A stretch of 62,897 bases of DNA, filler included, from Platydemus manokwari (GCA_037951405.1; 5 parts of 5 records of this genome joined end to end with filler, not necessarily neighbours in it); one strand, 5' to 3'; counted from the whole stretch's first letter, positions 42,338-56,700 are shown. The notes: generated by a model not told the origin, from the sequence alone. Numbers and translations are program-made.

Positions 42338-43282
42338 ATATTTTAAATAATGTAGAATCCCCACATATATAAACCACATTGATAATAAAATTAATTCATC
42401 ATTTACAACATTTAATGAAAATCTTAATGAAATATTTACAGAAAGAGATTCAAAAGATTGTATCCGAAAACCAGTACCTGGGTTTAGTGGTTCATCCGAA
42501 AATTTTCTTGAATTCTCTAGAATATGCAACTCACTCATAAAAATTGTTATCATAAATTAATATTTGTCTTAGATTTTATATTTTTATCAATTTTGCTTGT
42601 GTTCAACGAGTGCTGTTGAATGTTGAGACCAAATATCATGAACAATCGAGTTTTTATTTTATATTTGTGGAATGCAAAATTCATTACATTGAATTGTATA
42701 AATCAGTAAAGCTGATCATATCCAAATAAAAAATATTCTCTCGATATTTATTCTAAATTGTGCCTCAGTTTTATGTGTGGCAATTTTTCTCTTTCAGTAT
42801 TTCTTTTATAAATTTCTCATTAACTGATGATAATATCCATAAGTCTTAAAAAAAATCAATACTTACCGTCCAATGGCATTTTAATCTTATTCGTATTTAT
42901 GATTTATTTTGTTATCTATTTAAGTAAAAACAAGGATGATCAATATGTATAATAAATGATATGTGAATGGTTCTTCATTGGTATAATCGAAATTATCATT
43001 TTATAAAATTATTATACTGATTCTCTTTAATGCTATAACAGCAAATGAATATGAAAAAATAATTCTCTAAAAAATAATCATTTTGTATTACTTGAAACCA
43101 TGACTACCATAAGGAGGAAGAGCAGAAAGTATTGCCATGTAAAAAATAAAAAAAAATTGACACACATTTCTTTTCATTTGGCATACAACACAAAAACAAA
43201 GCGATCAATGATGACCGTTTTACTAAAATATAATCAAAATTTGCAATCTACATTGAAACATTATCAATTGTAGATAGTTGGT

Positions 43283-43900
43283 ATTATTGTCTTTGATGAT
43301 GAGAAAACTTTCAAGAATTCCCATCAATTATGTTAACATTAAGCTGATATAAATAAATCCATTGTTAGAGATTTTGTGATAATTTTAGTGAGTAATCCAA
43401 ATAAATATTGTGTAATGCTATTCTGTTTTAATATCATTGGTAAATGGTATAAATAATCACATACTCCGATCAAACAATTTGCTTTTTTAATCATATGATT
43501 CTGAATAAGATTGGCACAACAGTTCACAGCAGCTTCAATACAAACACCAAAACGTTGTGGATATTTCAGATTATAAAATGATTTCAAAATATAAAATGAA
43601 TCAAAATGTAGCCAATGTGTTTTGGGTTTTCTATCCTGTGAGTTATTTACATTGATTCTCATTAATAAACACATTAATTTTTCGAATTCAAGATGATTAC
43701 ATTGTTGGCGACAACACTATTTCATGCGAGTAGAATGTTAAAATTAGATAAGTATGTAAATATTTTATCCTAGATACCAATTTATAATTTTACTGCAATT
43801 ATAAAGATATTATAGATGTGGTGTTAATAATATGCAACACGCTAACACCGATTTCGTGCTAGTGGCTTGTCAACAAAATGGTAATTGTTGCAAATTCAAA
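43283..43900 (-). repeat. Left arm of a diverged inverted duplication carrying an unidentified degenerate ORF
   Basis: ORF CIEAAVNCCANLIQNHMIKKANCLIGVCDYLYHL is paralogous to CIEAALNCYVNLIENHIITKWNCLIKTCDRFYHL at 50625+. Confidence 0.8.
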
Positions 43901-44999
43901 AAACTAATATCTATTCAACATTAATAAGTTCTTCACGAGGTAGTGATAACATCTCTGAAGACAACTTTAAAAAATTGCTGTTTTTTTCTAAATTTGAGCT
44001 TCCAAATGTTTCGGCCCGTTGTAATCTGGGGCAGCAAAAATTTTAAAATGTATTGATGTCGCAATTTGGCAGGCAAATAGATTTGTTGACTATAAAGGCA
44101 TTGTGAAACACATGCAGGAGATTTGGCAAGGATTTATTGAACAAAATAGGTATTGCGAGAATGTTAAATGCTGTCGCAGTGAAGTTGGCATGAGCAGATT
44201 GATTTGGGAAAATATTGAACTAAGAATACGTCACGAATTGTCAGTTTGTCCAGTCGATTAAAGATCAAAGAGGATAATGTAGGTATTATATGGATTAGAC
44301 GAGATATCCAATGCAGGATGTAGTAATAGTCATTGAAACAGTGGATAATTTTGGCCTATGATTTAATATTTTTTAAAACTGTTTAAGCTGGTTAAGTTGG
44401 TAGAGGAAATTAGTAGGAAAAAATTATGCAAAATAATTTCAATTTAGATAATAAATTGAGAAGATTCAATCCATGATAAGCAAGTGAAGTGAGTGTATGA
44501 ACATGGCATGATTTTATTTTTATAAATAAAGATAATGGGAACGAATATTATCCTTTGAATTATGAATTAGTTAAAGGTTTTTGAATGGATGTATGAGAGT
44601 TCGAACCTCTAAATAGGGACAGTTGGTCGATAAAAGGATTGACCTTATATCGAAGACTAACTAGTTGATTAGATTGAGGTTGAGTAATTTTACATTGGAA
44701 ACATTTATAGGTGCTAACATGAAAATGCTTTTAAGTTAATCAAAATATTAATGAGTTGATAAGAGTGGGGATATCGTCAAATATAAATTTATTCGATAAC
44801 AGTTTTGATAGAAAGATATCGAGATTGTTGGAGTAACAATTGTTTCTAAATTACAAATGTTAAGATCACATGGTATTTAAGATGATGACAAATGGTGAGA
44901 AACGGAACAAAAAGGAAAAATGAGATGGAGATGATTTTGATTAAATAAATTTTGGAAAGATAAAATATGAGTCTATTACGATTATAAATTAAACCACGT

Positions 45000-47900
45000 T
45001 CCGGTACAACAAACTTTCAATGGGAATCCGGCAAATATGTCCAAAACCTCGATTCAAAACCAGAATCAGGCACCCAAAATATATTTACAGCACAAAAATG
45101 GAAAAATCAAAATCAAACATGACAAGCTTCTACAATAAACGGACACCACCGACTGATTTAAGGCAAAAATAACCAAATTTCAAGAACAAACTCACAACGG
45201 AACTGCCGACCAACGGATCAAAAGACATCCCACTTGACCTGTTAAAATCAACTGAGATATCCAGCTGCAAAATGAAAAAGTACAAAAAAACTGGAAGCAA
45301 ACTTACCACTCATCGATTATATCGGAACAATTACTTGCCAATGTCAAGTATGCCAAAAACAAAAAAATGAATATAAAAGCAAATTCTCACCAGATCTGAT
45401 CATACCCACAAACAATAAATGCTCAAAGAAACCAAAAATCTACAAGAAACATAAGAATATTAACCTCATGGTGCTCAACCTGAAATGCAAATGCACCTAA
45501 TCCCATGGTAAATATACCAGGACTTTGCAGATCCTCATTTGCTTCAAAAAAAGCCCAAATGTCAACACAGAAAACCCGTGCACCACAACTAAAAGTACGT
45601 CTCGGAGAATAGAACAAACAAGTGCCTTCAACAGCTTACAATATATCAAATGCGGATGTGAAACGTGTACTATATGCCCGCTGGATTCACTGGAGAAACC
45701 AACCAGCTATAGATTACCTACCACATCAACTTCTGCACATCACAGCTCTCCTGGTTTGCACATGCAAAGATTGTTATCAGACTGCCCAGAATAAAATCAA
45801 GGATATACCAAAAAATTGGAAGAACATTGCACAATATTTCTACGCACACCCAACGATAATCCAAAGCAACTAAACAAGCTCCGAAACCAACTCCGATGAT
45901 ATACAAACTGATAACAAACAACAAGAAGCTGTCAAACTCAAATTCTCAAGAATATCGAAACACACCACGCAACAACAATTTGAGATAACTATGGATAACG
46001 ATATTGATTACATCATTCTATCGCAATCTTCAGACGGATTAATGGCAGCTCCATTTGCTCTCTCAGATCTCGAGGAAAACGCAACAAGCTGGACTCCATC
46101 CTCCATAATTTGATTGTTGTCAGGGAGACCATCTACATGTCACAATCCACTTTACAGGACCTACCGATGCAACTGAACTCACCAGACTGCGGACTGTTTG
46201 TCATTCAACACATACTGGACTATGCAAGCAACTCTCCAGTCTTCTTCGTTCCAGTCTTGCCTCCACTCAGAAACAACATCAGCAAAACGATATCAAATCT
46301 CATCCTCCGACGAAAAATATTAATACAATCAAAAAAAGCTTCAATCCAAACCTAAAAGACATCACCATCGCAGAGGTTAAATATATATTCAAAAAGTTGG
46401 AAAATTCTGCACCCGAAAATAACGGAATAACTTACAAAGACTGAAAAATAATTGACCCACAGCACATCTTCTTCCAGTAACTATTAAACAGAGTACTGCC
46501 AACCAAATCAATACTGAATCAATGGAAGGAGTGCAACACAAATCTTCTCATTAAACCAGGGAAACATTCGACATCCTATATCATCACATCATGGAGACCA
46601 ATTGCTCTTGCGGACTCATCTTACCGGATTTTTAGCACTAGAGTGAACCTACGTCTTCTCAAGTGGATCGATGCCGGTAACCTACTATTTACGAATCAAA
46701 AAGCGTTGTCCACATCGGATGGTTGCACCGAACACAATGCCTATCTCTTTTCGCTACAAGAATATATGGCACAACACAACAAGGACAGGCATATATGCTT
46801 TTCCAAGCCTGCCGCACGACGTCATATGGTACACCCTCAACAAAATGGGTTGTAATACATATTACATAAAGATGATCCAAGCTATATATAAAGAATTCAA
46901 ATTGACCTACACCTGCGGAATCTTGAAAACACCACCGATTCCAATTTATCGAGTAGTCAAACATGGTTGCTCCTTGTTAATGACTTTTTTCTGTCTATCA
47001 ATAGACTTCTTACTACGATCATCTGCTAGCCTACCGGAACCACTGACCGCCTATGATAATCAATTGTCGACATCGGCCTACGCTGATGACATCGTCATCA
47101 TCGCAAACTCTGGTGAAAACCTCGAAAACAGAATCAATAACCTAGCTCACCAAGCCAATGATATTCAGCTTTCGATAAACACGCCAAAATGCAGATACTT
47201 TTCAAAGAACTTCAGAAACTGGCTCGACTTGACAATCTTTGGCCAGCCAATACCAATCGTAGACTCGGATTATATATATATATATATATAAGATTGCCTT
47301 TTGGACTACCAAAACGTACACCCTTGGGCCATATAATTGAATCAATTATTACCGATTTCGAAGAGATTGCAGACTCCAGACTACAACCTTCGCAGAAGAT
47401 CCAGGCCTACAACATCTTCCTTTACTCGAGATTACTCAGAATTCAACAGTTCAAAACCACACATTAGGATTCATGAAAATTAATTACAGACCAACACGTC
47501 CAACTAGTTCAATCATTTGACAAGAAAATTCGCCAAAAATTCTAAATATGAATGGCTCAAAATCCAATAACAACAATTTTCTATACACTCCAACGAAACT
47601 TGGCGGAATCGTACTTACCACGTCTCTAATGAAATACTGCGTCCAAAGCATAGTCGGAGCCTTCAGATACCTCACGAGTCTGGATCATGACTTCAGAATT
47701 TTCATCCCAAATCATATGACTAATGTCGTCAAACACCGAGTGACCGACTCAGAAGACTTACCAACTGCGCTACTCTAGTTATTGGATAAACTGCCCACTG
47801 AGAAACCATCATCCGCAGCAACATGGTGGTCCAAATCTCGGTTCGCTGCCAGGAAACTCAGGAAAATTAAAATTGACTTGGAGTTTGATAATCATCATAC

Positions 47901-48580
47901 CGATGTCTTTCTCAAATTAACTGTGGACAACGACAAGACTTAACATTTTAATTTTGATAACCGGAGAAAATTATCGGACATATTGCATGACTCCATTTCT
48001 ATGCATTTTTATCACAAATGGGCGAAAATAAAGAGCAAGAAAGACTTGTTCACTGCTCCTCGGCCAGCCATCTATCGCAGAAACATCTCATAAATTTCCA
48101 CCTATCACAAGAAGTTTGGATCTTTGCATTCCGGGCCAGAAACAATTTTCTCTTACTCAATTATAGCCCATACTTCATCAAAATGGGGAAATCAACACTA
48201 TGCCGAAGATGAAGGAAACTGACGCTTTTATCTTCATTCATTGTCCATCAGTCCCTGGTCTGCCATCAAAAAGGCACTCAGTTATTCTAGATCATCTCGG
48301 CAAGTATCTACAATCACTCGGACTGGACACCGACATCGACACAAGCTCACCTGAGAGTATTACTATGATATGATTGTCAGAAACAAAGAGAAAAGGCACG
48401 TGTACATCATCGACCTGATTCCCTTCGATATTAGTGGAAAATTTGAACTTGTTATTGAACTAAGAAATGTACCGATCAATTGCCTCATAAATTAAAACGA
48501 AAAGCTTATATGAAACCTCACTAGATGTACTCTGCATACGAGTACTTGGCTCATGGGACCTCATTTTCTTTTATACACCT
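45000..48580 (+). mobile_element. Decayed NeSL/Utopia-like non-LTR retrotransposon (Zn-finger region, Ulp1/C48 protease remnant, RT, CCHC, RLE)
   Basis: Cys/His-rich 5' part (CETC, CKDC) and QLNSPDCGLFVIQHI (Q-x-N-x-x-DCG-x-F). RT motifs APENNGITY, WRPIALADSSYRIF, NQKALSTSDGCTEHN, KHGCSL, AYADDIVII, LYTPTKLGGI. C-terminal CRR, YIIDL and VLGSWD. Stops and frameshifts present. Confidence 0.9.
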
Positions 48581-48649
48581 ATTCAATGAAATATCGTTCT
48601 TACCAGTAATACTATTCAGTGTGGGTTTCCCTTTACCCAATTTTCAAAA

Positions 48650-49050
48650 CTACGATATTTTTCAACTGGTCTTTGTTGCATTGATGCCAAATCCTGAACC
48701 TTGTCATAAACTGTTTTGGCATGTGAAAATGTTTCCAAAAATCATTTCTCAATTTTTTCAATTGAAACAGCCTCTTTGAAACTGCTGAATTATTGACGTC
48801 ATCTATCAAAAGAATGTCAAATGCAAAATGACAGTTCCATTTGATTAAAGGTCGCGAAATCTTTGGTTGTTTGGAGCCATTTCTCAGCGTCTTGGATTGA
48901 TGAATCGAAGAATGATGGTTTCGGGATTAATAACTCCTGCATTTTTTGAGGCAGATTCGCAAAAATGTTCTTCCCCTCTTCCCGTTTAGCTCTAGGCAGA
49001 GCGTTAATTTCGATTTGGTCACCAGTAAAAATATAACTCGTTTCCATCAA
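48650..49050 (-). mobile_element. Ty3/gypsy gag N-terminal fragment (same family as 18600-19045)
   Basis: FFDSSIQDAEKWLQTTKDFATFNQMELSF matches the 18950-19040 region (FFDVPIQDAEKWFKITKDFATFNQMELSF). Confidence 0.85.
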
Positions 49051-50149
49051 TATTCTATTCTAATTCTAATTCACATGTGTTTGTTATTTTTATTAAAACC
49101 AATCTCATTTTTTATCTAACTATCATAACAAATATTAAATCAATTTTGATCAGATTGACTCAATCAATAATTAAATTAATCAAATTGGATCAAGATGTTG
49201 CAATTAAATTCAAATCCAAAAGTTTTTCAAATTTAAATGCTCGTATTGTCAAGTTGGATTTGTTGCATACATTATTGGTTGATCTCTGCATTGATTTACC
49301 ATAGTCATGGCACATTCTTTGGGATCTTCTTTGGATTTATTTTTAATGGGATATTAAATAGAGATTGTTATTTATCATAAATGAAATGGAGCTATACCAC
49401 AAGGTCGTAGAAATGTTGAATTTTTAATCTTATTGGCTTTGTTACCGTGCATACATGTGAGAGAAAGGCTTAGCCTTTAAAGACTAATGTCTAAAGAAAA
49501 ATTCGAACTACAATATCTGGTAGAGATCGGACATTTGCAATGAAAATATAAATTTTTAATTTCTAATTCTTTTATCACTAACAGCAATATCGTTTCTAAT
49601 CTTATTCGGATAGTCGTTCCTGGTAAATAGGAAGTCGAAAGAGTCGATAAACCAACTTTTTCGTTTGCATTGTTTAGCATCTTGGTGCATCGTTAAAAAT
49701 AGCGAACAGAGTAGTTCAATCTATCTCGAGAGTCGATTTGTATTTTCGTGTTTGTTTTCTTTCCATTATAATATTTATCATTGTCACATTATGAGCTCTA
49801 TAAATAACTTTTCTATATTTTTATATCATTTGTCTTCTGCCCATCCTCTTTCTCTATCTTCTCATTTCTTCTATACTTCCCTTCACTTTTTTTAATATTC
49901 TCACAATCTAAGTCATTAATTATAATAAACTATCATTATCTAACTATTTGAACTTTTCAGAAATTTGTTTTCAATTAAATTAAATTATTAATTTATTTAT
50001 TTATTTATTTATAAATTTCTATTTTCACAATATTTTTAAATATTTCTATCAAATATTATCGATTTAATCTAAATAACCATATATGGCGACATATAGCACG
50101 CACATTAGCTCAAATTTTAGCTCAAGTCGTAGTGCTTGCAATAAGCCAT

Positions 50150-50977
50150 CAAATAAAGTCCTATTTTCTTTGTCAACGACAAATTAAAAACTAATATTGG
50201 CATGCTGCTTATCATTATAACTTCATATAATATCTGTATAATAGCTGTAAAATTATAAATTGGTTTCAAAGATGAATAATGCAATGTATTAATATACTTG
50301 TCTAATACGTTAAAAGTTGGCAAAGAAACTGATATAACGTTTGTGTGATGTTCATTGATGGATTTAGAAATGATTTCTCTCGACATTTATGACATTTTAT
50401 GACGGATTAATTTTTAAACGATTATTTCAGTTAGATCTGATGATAAAAAAAATGTCCATACTGACTACCTATAATTTTCATTAACAGTTCAATAATTTTA
50501 ACATTCTACTCGTTTAAAAATGTCCTGTCGTAATAGATGTACTAATTTTGTATTCGAAAAGTTAATGTTTTCATTAATGAGAAGCAATGTAAAATATCTG
50601 ATAAGATAGTAACATTAAAGCATATTGACCACATTTCGATTAATATTATATTTTGGAGCTGAAAATTTTCGCCTTTGTAAATCGGAAATATCGACCAGCA
50701 TTTGGTGTTTATTTTTTTGTATTGAAGCTGCTCTGAACTGTTATGTCAATCTTATTGAAAATCATATTATCACAAAATGGAATTGTTTGATCAAAACATG
50801 TGATCGTTTTTATCATTTACTGATGCTATAAAGAGAATAGCATCGCAGCGCATATATTTGGATTACATATTGTTATGCAATAAAATTATCATAATATATA
50901 ACAGTAGATTTATTTATATCAGTTTAATGTTGGCATTATTAGTTGAGATTTTTGAAAGTTTTCTTATCATCAAAAGC
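50150..50977 (+). repeat. Right arm of the diverged inverted duplication
   Basis: Shared blocks with the reverse complement of 43283-43900: tataatatct-tataat-gc-gtaaaattataaattggt, taattttaacattctactcg, gaaagttttct-atcatcaaa. Confidence 0.8.
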
Positions 50978-50991
50978 AATAATAATAATAA

Positions 50992-51053
<62 letters not shown>
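50978..51053. repeat. (AAT)n microsatellite running into a gap
   Basis: Direct reading. Confidence 0.97.
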
Positions 51054-51153
51054 NNNNNNNNNNNNNNNNNNNNNNNNNNNNNNNNNNNNNNNNNNNNTTA
51101 ATTAATTAANNNNNNNNNNNNNNNNNNNNNNNNNNNNNNNNNNNNNNNNNNNN
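51054..51153. other. Assembly gap with artificial TTAATTAATTAA linker
   Basis: 44 N + linker + 44 N. Confidence 0.97.
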
Positions 51154-53709
51154 ACATCCGATCTTCATATAGCCTTATCAAGAAAACAAAAAAGAAATAT
51201 TGTTAATCTCAAATATGATATATCTGTAAAGTAAAATTGTGGAATGGGTACTGGTGAAATCATAACATTGAAAAAGAAAAGAGAATTAGTTATTAGATTA
51301 GTAAATAAATAATTAAAACATCTAATTTATAATTTTTTTATAGTTAATGATAATTGATAAATTTGGATTCTAATTAATGAACCATGAACAACATTACACA
51401 ATTAGGAGTAACGATTCCAGTCAAAAAAATTTCTAATAAGCTTTACAGAACTGTTTATCACAAATAACCATGATTATTAATAACAGTATTATTTATACAA
51501 AATCTATTCTATGATATTCCTAGTTATTAATCGCGTCATACCTTATGTGTTCCGGATTTCAGAACGCTTGAAAATTTAAATTCGAATAAATATTCTGTAT
51601 TTCGAATGTGATCCAAAATCACCAAATAATGCAATTATTGCTAATTCAATTCTTCAAAATCAATTCAGTTCCGTTTGGCCAAATTCTTTAAAACAATGAA
51701 AATCTAATTTTTACAATTCCAAAACAAACCAACTGGAAAACAAATCAATATAATCGACATTGTTTTAATTGTTCTGACAATCATCTTGAACTGACATGCT
51801 GAATTAAATTTATTCGACTGAATTATTTAATCGCTTAAAATCGAGTCCAAAATTTTATTCAGCCATCTTCTTTAATCTGATTGATCTAATTTACTTTGTT
51901 TAAATTTAATTGTATCTGTTAACTTAAATCTACTCAGTTTTCAGAGGGATGTATCGCTTATATTCAGAAGATTTTATTTTTATTAAATTAATGTCATCAA
52001 ATCAATTTGTTTTAATTATGCGGTTCACAGAGGAAAGGATAAGGAAAAGATAAGAAAAATAAGCAAATTAAATAAAAGAAAAGGAACAAAAATATAATTA
52101 ATAAATAAAAATTAAGAATTGATAAGAGAAATATAAAGAGCTTACAAATTAGATCAGCCACTCAAAATTTAAACCAGAAATTAAACAATGACAACTTATA
52201 AAATCAACATTGTTATTTAAGAGAGTAGTAAAATATTGCATTTTTAGAGGCAATTTTTACATTTAGCGTTAAATGTGTATACTTTGAGTTCATAGCAAGC
52301 TACTATTATTACAAACTTTCATTTACAAAAATAATTAAATAAAAAATTATATTATCTGTTCACTTTCATTTCAATTATTAAGGTCAACAACATTAGTTGA
52401 GAAGCCATGCTGTTGACAACGTGTTTACTATTATTTCACCGTTGTAATTGAAGGATGTCAGATGTCAAATCGAAGATTTCTATACATTTACGATAAAGTG
52501 TAAAGTCAATTGGGACAAAACTACAAACAATTTGCATTTGAAATGGAAAATAAAAATGTCTTAGTCATCCCTTATCTTACATTTTATCCATAGGATTGAC
52601 TGGGTAAGAAATAAAAATAATTAAAATATAAGTAGAAAAAATATATTATGTTTATGTGATCTTTCGATATATTTTGAATTTGTTGCTAATCTATTGGATC
52701 TTAACCAAGGATTTTGAGTGTTGACTTCTTGGTTAATGTGCCTTTTAATTGAAGTGCCTATAATTTTTGTTCTTGAAGATTAATAAGTAATGATAATTCT
52801 TAGATTTCTGATTGGTTGCTGATGCATGTGTTTACCACTTTATCCGTGAACATGATTTCTTGAATCCATTATGTTGTTGAGATTCGGATCTAATATCCAT
52901 TATTAGTAACTATTTGAGGCGCATGAAACAACAGTCAAAATAACTTTGCCTATTTGTGCTCACCAATAATGACCTCTTGATATGCATTATTTAAGCGTTT
53001 TAATGACAAGCCTATTTTAACAGAGTAAATAAAATAAATTGATTAACATTTTCATAAAAAAAATTAAAATCGTTTAACAAAATTTCATAAAAGTTTTAAT
53101 AATTTCATAATAGTGAAGAAACATTATTTGAAAACTTTTTTAGAGTAATTGAAGATTTAGCCTTGACTCGAACGTTTCAGCATGATTTTAGCTCAAGATT
53201 CTCTCAGAATTTGACTAATAGTCTTCAATAAAGTTTTAATAATTGTTCATATCTTCTATTTTAATTTATTCCTAAATATTTCAAATATTTCACCAAAGTA
53301 ATTTAGATTAATGATAAAAGTTAAATTTTATTTGGAGTCAGGTATAATTCTACATAAATAAAGTAAAAACTCAATAGTATACGCATTATTTCACAAATAT
53401 TTCAGTCGTTTTCCTTAATCGTACTTTTTGAAAATTAAAATTGATTTTATTTTAAACTCAAATCCTAGTAAATTATGAGAATAAAATAATTACCTATTGC
53501 AATATTCACAGATATATATTAAATCTGATTTTTTGATTAAATTCACAAATTATATAACTAACAAAATTAATTATCAAAAAGTATTTTTGTCTAAATCACA
53601 ATATAATAGTAGTTTAAATGAACTACATTTTATTGTTATTTAGTATTTAAATTTAAATTTTATCTATTTTAAGAATCAGTATGTATGTAGCTAAGCACTA
53701 GACATTCCA

Positions 53710-56700
53710 ATGAATGGAGTTTTATGGAAATGGACAAATTATTATAGTGGTACTAAAGTTTTTTGAAACCGAAATAGTCATCACTGTAATTTAGGTTGGC
53801 AGCCTAGATGGTTTGTATTAAAGGATGGTATTTTATCATATTATCGATCTGAAGATGAAGTTCAAAGTGGTTCTAAGGGATCGATAAATTTAGCAGTTTG
53901 TGATTTAAATGGTATTTTTATTTAGCTGCTTTGAATAAATATTTTTTAAAAATATCTTTAAAAACTTGAGGTTTAATAAATCATTATAATTTTGCTATAA
54001 TGGATTTTTATTTATCATTTCAATTATTTAATCAAACTTTCGTATCTGACGAATAAAACCATTTGAAAATTAACATTTATTTGATATTAGTCAGTAATTT
54101 CGATCAAACCAGATTCGAAATTGTTATTCCCGGTGAACAAAAATATCATCTCAAATCATCAAGTATTCAAGATCGTCAACGGTGGATTGTTGCTATCGGT
54201 AGCTGTAAAGCTTGTCACTCTGAACCAGAATTTGAAATGATAGCAAACTCTAATTTAAGTAAATAAGAGAAATGTTATTTTCAACAACAATGATTATTTA
54301 ACCATCAGGCACAAATATGCCAGTTAATGAAATCAGTTCCAAAGAATCTGAAATGCGACTCTATATGGAATTGATGAATCAACAAGCATTATTATTAAAA
54401 CAACAATTGTCGGAAGATCAATGTCCCAATATGACTGTGAGTGTTAATGAAACACAATTTGGCATTATCAATCTTGTTTCTAGTTGATTAATGATCTCAC
54501 ATCGACCCTTAATGCGGCATGCGATACATTCTTAGCGTCATTGAAAGATCTTATGTCTATAATCGCTCTCCACAATATATCATTTGTCGATTCTCCCCCA
54601 ACATATGTTGGTTCACCATTATTCTCGTCTTTGAATTCAAACAGTGGATTTGATCATAAAATGAGAAGAAATTCAAATAATTTGTCTAATGCTAGGTTGT
54701 TATTTGTTTATATTTGATAATTAATAATTAATTAAATTTTAATTAAAATTAATAATTAAATTAAATTAATGAAATTAATAATTTATTTGTGAAATATGTG
54801 TGTATGTGTGTGCTTGTGCTTCATAATTGGATATTTATATTTGATTTAATAATAATTTATTCCCTTTATTATTAATATTTGTGTTTATAATATTAATTAT
54901 ATTCTCATCAAATCAATCGCATATGAGTCCATCATGAAAATATCGATTATGTCAAATATAACAAGAAATATGAGATGCATTCCATGGTTTTATTTGATAT
55001 TTTATCATGTATTGTTGGGATATTTTATAATAATAATATCGATTTATGATTTTTAACCAATAAGCATAACGTGTCATGATGATGATTCTTGCTTGTTTTG
55101 TTTGTTTATGTCTGATTTTATCTCATATTCTTGCTTTATCAACAAGATATTTATTAAATTATTATCGATGATAAGTCGTGATGATTCATCTTGAAACTTT
55201 AAACTTCCATCGCCATTGTAATGGGGGGTGGATTGGAATAAACTGTGATTTGTCTTGTGATATGCTTGTACATTTATATTGCTTTATAAACATTTCTCTC
55301 TGGACAATATTATTCGATAAATCTGTGAATAAATCTGTGATGAATATATGATAATATGGATTGGATGAATCTGTGATGAATATATGATAATATGGATTGG
55401 ATGAATCTGTGATGAATATATGATAATGTGGATTTGATGAATCTGTGATGAATTGCTTATGTGGAACTGTTAGACTAATTCTGGAAAAAACGTTAACTTC
55501 ATATCTTAAATTTCCACTTGAACTGTCAAATTACGTTTGGGTTATTGGTATTTTGACGAACCAAGCGTTTTATTTGAAAATCTTCATTACATACTAAAGA
55601 TCTTTTGACAGTACTGGGCGATTTATTTTAAATTTTGATTATAAATTTTCTTTTCACGATAAAAATAGACATTTGATGTAAAATGAACGCATTTTCTCAA
55701 CATTAAAACTAAATGAAAAGGCATTTTTTTCTCGTTAAATGATAGCTTGTAATATCCCTACAATTGCACCAGTACATTAGCTTTAGTTTCCGCTTCTGCT
55801 GTAAATAGTATGTAATGTAAAGATTAGAATATTTTTGCCTTTCTCACTATTATGGTAATGATTAATAGGCATATTGTTTTTGGCTTTATTCTCAGTACAG
55901 ATGGATTGTCATTTTTCTACTTCATCGCTAGTTTTTCTTACTGAAATTGTAGTGGTTTTAATGATGATGTGATTTTCTTTTTTATATTATCGAAGATAAT
56001 AAATTTTATGTACTGAAAATATCCCCTAAACACCCGATTTTTCAAAGGCAAATTATTTTTTAAATCTTAATTTGAGCATAATAAGAAAAATTGACTGCAT
56101 TTAAACGAGGAAAATATAATCTTGATTTTTCTAAAATATCCCCAAGCTATTCCACATATTTTCAATTTTTCAAAAGCATTCTTGATGACATGTCAAATAT
56201 CCAAGAATTTCTAAATTAATACTCATAAAAGTGTAATAATATATTAATATTTTATGTTAATTATAATATTCGAACTTTCTGAACTTTTCTATTGATTGTG
56301 AATTTGTTTAATATATTTATATGAATTATGAGAGTAATATGTTGACAAATTTATATGCAAAGATATTGTTTTAATTCTAATAAAAGTTATAACAGAAACT
56401 TATAGTTTCTCACTGGAATAATTAATGATTAAAATTTGTTCATGAAAGAGCTAATACAGAGAACATGGCGTTTATTAAATTCCCTGAGTAGGTGGTGTTG
56501 GAGTCAACTTTATAAAGCAATGAAATAGTGTAGAATAAATTATCCTCAACTGTTCATGTAAGCATTCATAGAATATCTTATGAAATTAATAGGATTTATT
56601 GTGGAATATAAAAATGGAATTTCGAAGTTATAATTAAATAAATGAAATATAAATAATTATTCAGATAATATTATGTTCATTTAATCTTAGGTTCGGAGTT

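Noticed and set aside
50858-51109. Poly-Asn ORF
   Set aside because: Translation of the (AAT)n microsatellite and the gap
13885-51153. TTAATTAATTAA motif recurring four times amid Ns
   Set aside because: Scaffolding linker with stops in all six frames, always centred in a ~100-bp gap. It is not biological, and contiguity across these gaps is unverified.
55332-55453. 36-bp repeats as a CRISPR array
   Set aside because: Units are head-to-tail with no unique spacers, the context is eukaryotic, and there are no cas genes
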